DNA of 63,392 nt, the filler included, from Octopus bimaculoides (lineage: Eukaryota): NCBI RefSeq assembly GCF_001194135.2. It is 4 parts of 4 records of this genome, joined end to end, with 100 filler letters (N's around TTAATTAATTAA, not from the genome) between each part and the next. Parts side by side here need not be neighbours in the genome. Positions count along the whole stretch, not along the records: positions 58,323 to 63,392 come from NC_068981.1; 3 more parts are not named here. One strand, 5' to 3'. How positions within the stretch are numbered: the stretch's first letter is position 1; every line of letters starts with the position of its first letter. The notes beneath the pieces are model-generated. The model saw nothing but the letters and a program-made list of their open reading frames with translations. It made no database searches and was not told the DNA's origin. Below, in pieces: positions 62,811-63,392 of this stretch. The position numbers and the translations under genes are program-made.

Positions 62811-63392
62811 ATCAATTACTAAATAAGCGGCGCCAGAATGGCAGCGCCAAAACGGCAGCATCAGAATTTTCATACTCCTTCTTTGATGTATTCTTCTAAA
62901 TGATTGTTTTGGCAATGGCTAACGAAATACTATCATAAGACAATGTCAAACATGAAGTCTTCCTAAATTTATTAGTCATGATGGTATTTCAAAGATTATT
63001 CTGAGAAAATGAAATATAAAGTCAGACAAATAGAAATGCTCTCTAGCAAGCTACTTATGATTTCTTCATTAAGTTGTAGCTGTTGCTCAAAATACGATGT
63101 GCATTGTTTCAGGAGAGTCGTTATTGAGCTCATTCAATCAACTTTCAATATAGTCGCCGAAAAAAAAAAAATGCTTGGTTGAAGTAGAGATTTTGTTTTC
63201 AATATTAAGATAATGAAAGTGAAGTCTAAATATAGAAATTATGAAAGCAAGAAATCTCGATTCAATCCAACAGACCACAGAAAAAAAAAAATTCCCAATT
63301 ATTAGATACAAATATATAACGATATAACTTCCGTAGTTAACATCGTTTTATCAAGTAGTTGCGCTCTTTTGCTTCAAATGTAATATATATAT

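Overview
AT-rich eukaryotic draft-assembly window, dense in microsatellites and with about 21 N-gaps. The SINE families and microsatellite load resemble an octopus (coleoid cephalopod) genome; this is inferred from repeat motifs, with no database search. I found no intact host protein-coding gene, rRNA, genuine tRNA or CRISPR array, and almost all ORF-track entries are microsatellite or N artefacts. The recognisable content is mostly decayed mobile DNA: (1) four tRNA-derived SINE families in more than 20 copies or fragments; (2) LINE remnants (CR1-like, two RTE, three R4/Dong-like); (3) a Penelope GIY-YIG remnant; (4) a Gypsy pol fragment; (5) mariner and maT DNA transposons and MITEs; (6) a Chapaev3-like transposase exon; (7) a Helitron-like 5' end. 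The most interesting signal is a set of type I hammerhead ribozyme motifs in unrelated short elements next to (TA)n tracts. One has a fully intact core (33201-33287), two are near-intact or variant (56470-56540 minus, 40446-40482), and several are decayed. They may represent Penelope pLTR-derived or retrozyme-like non-autonomous elements.
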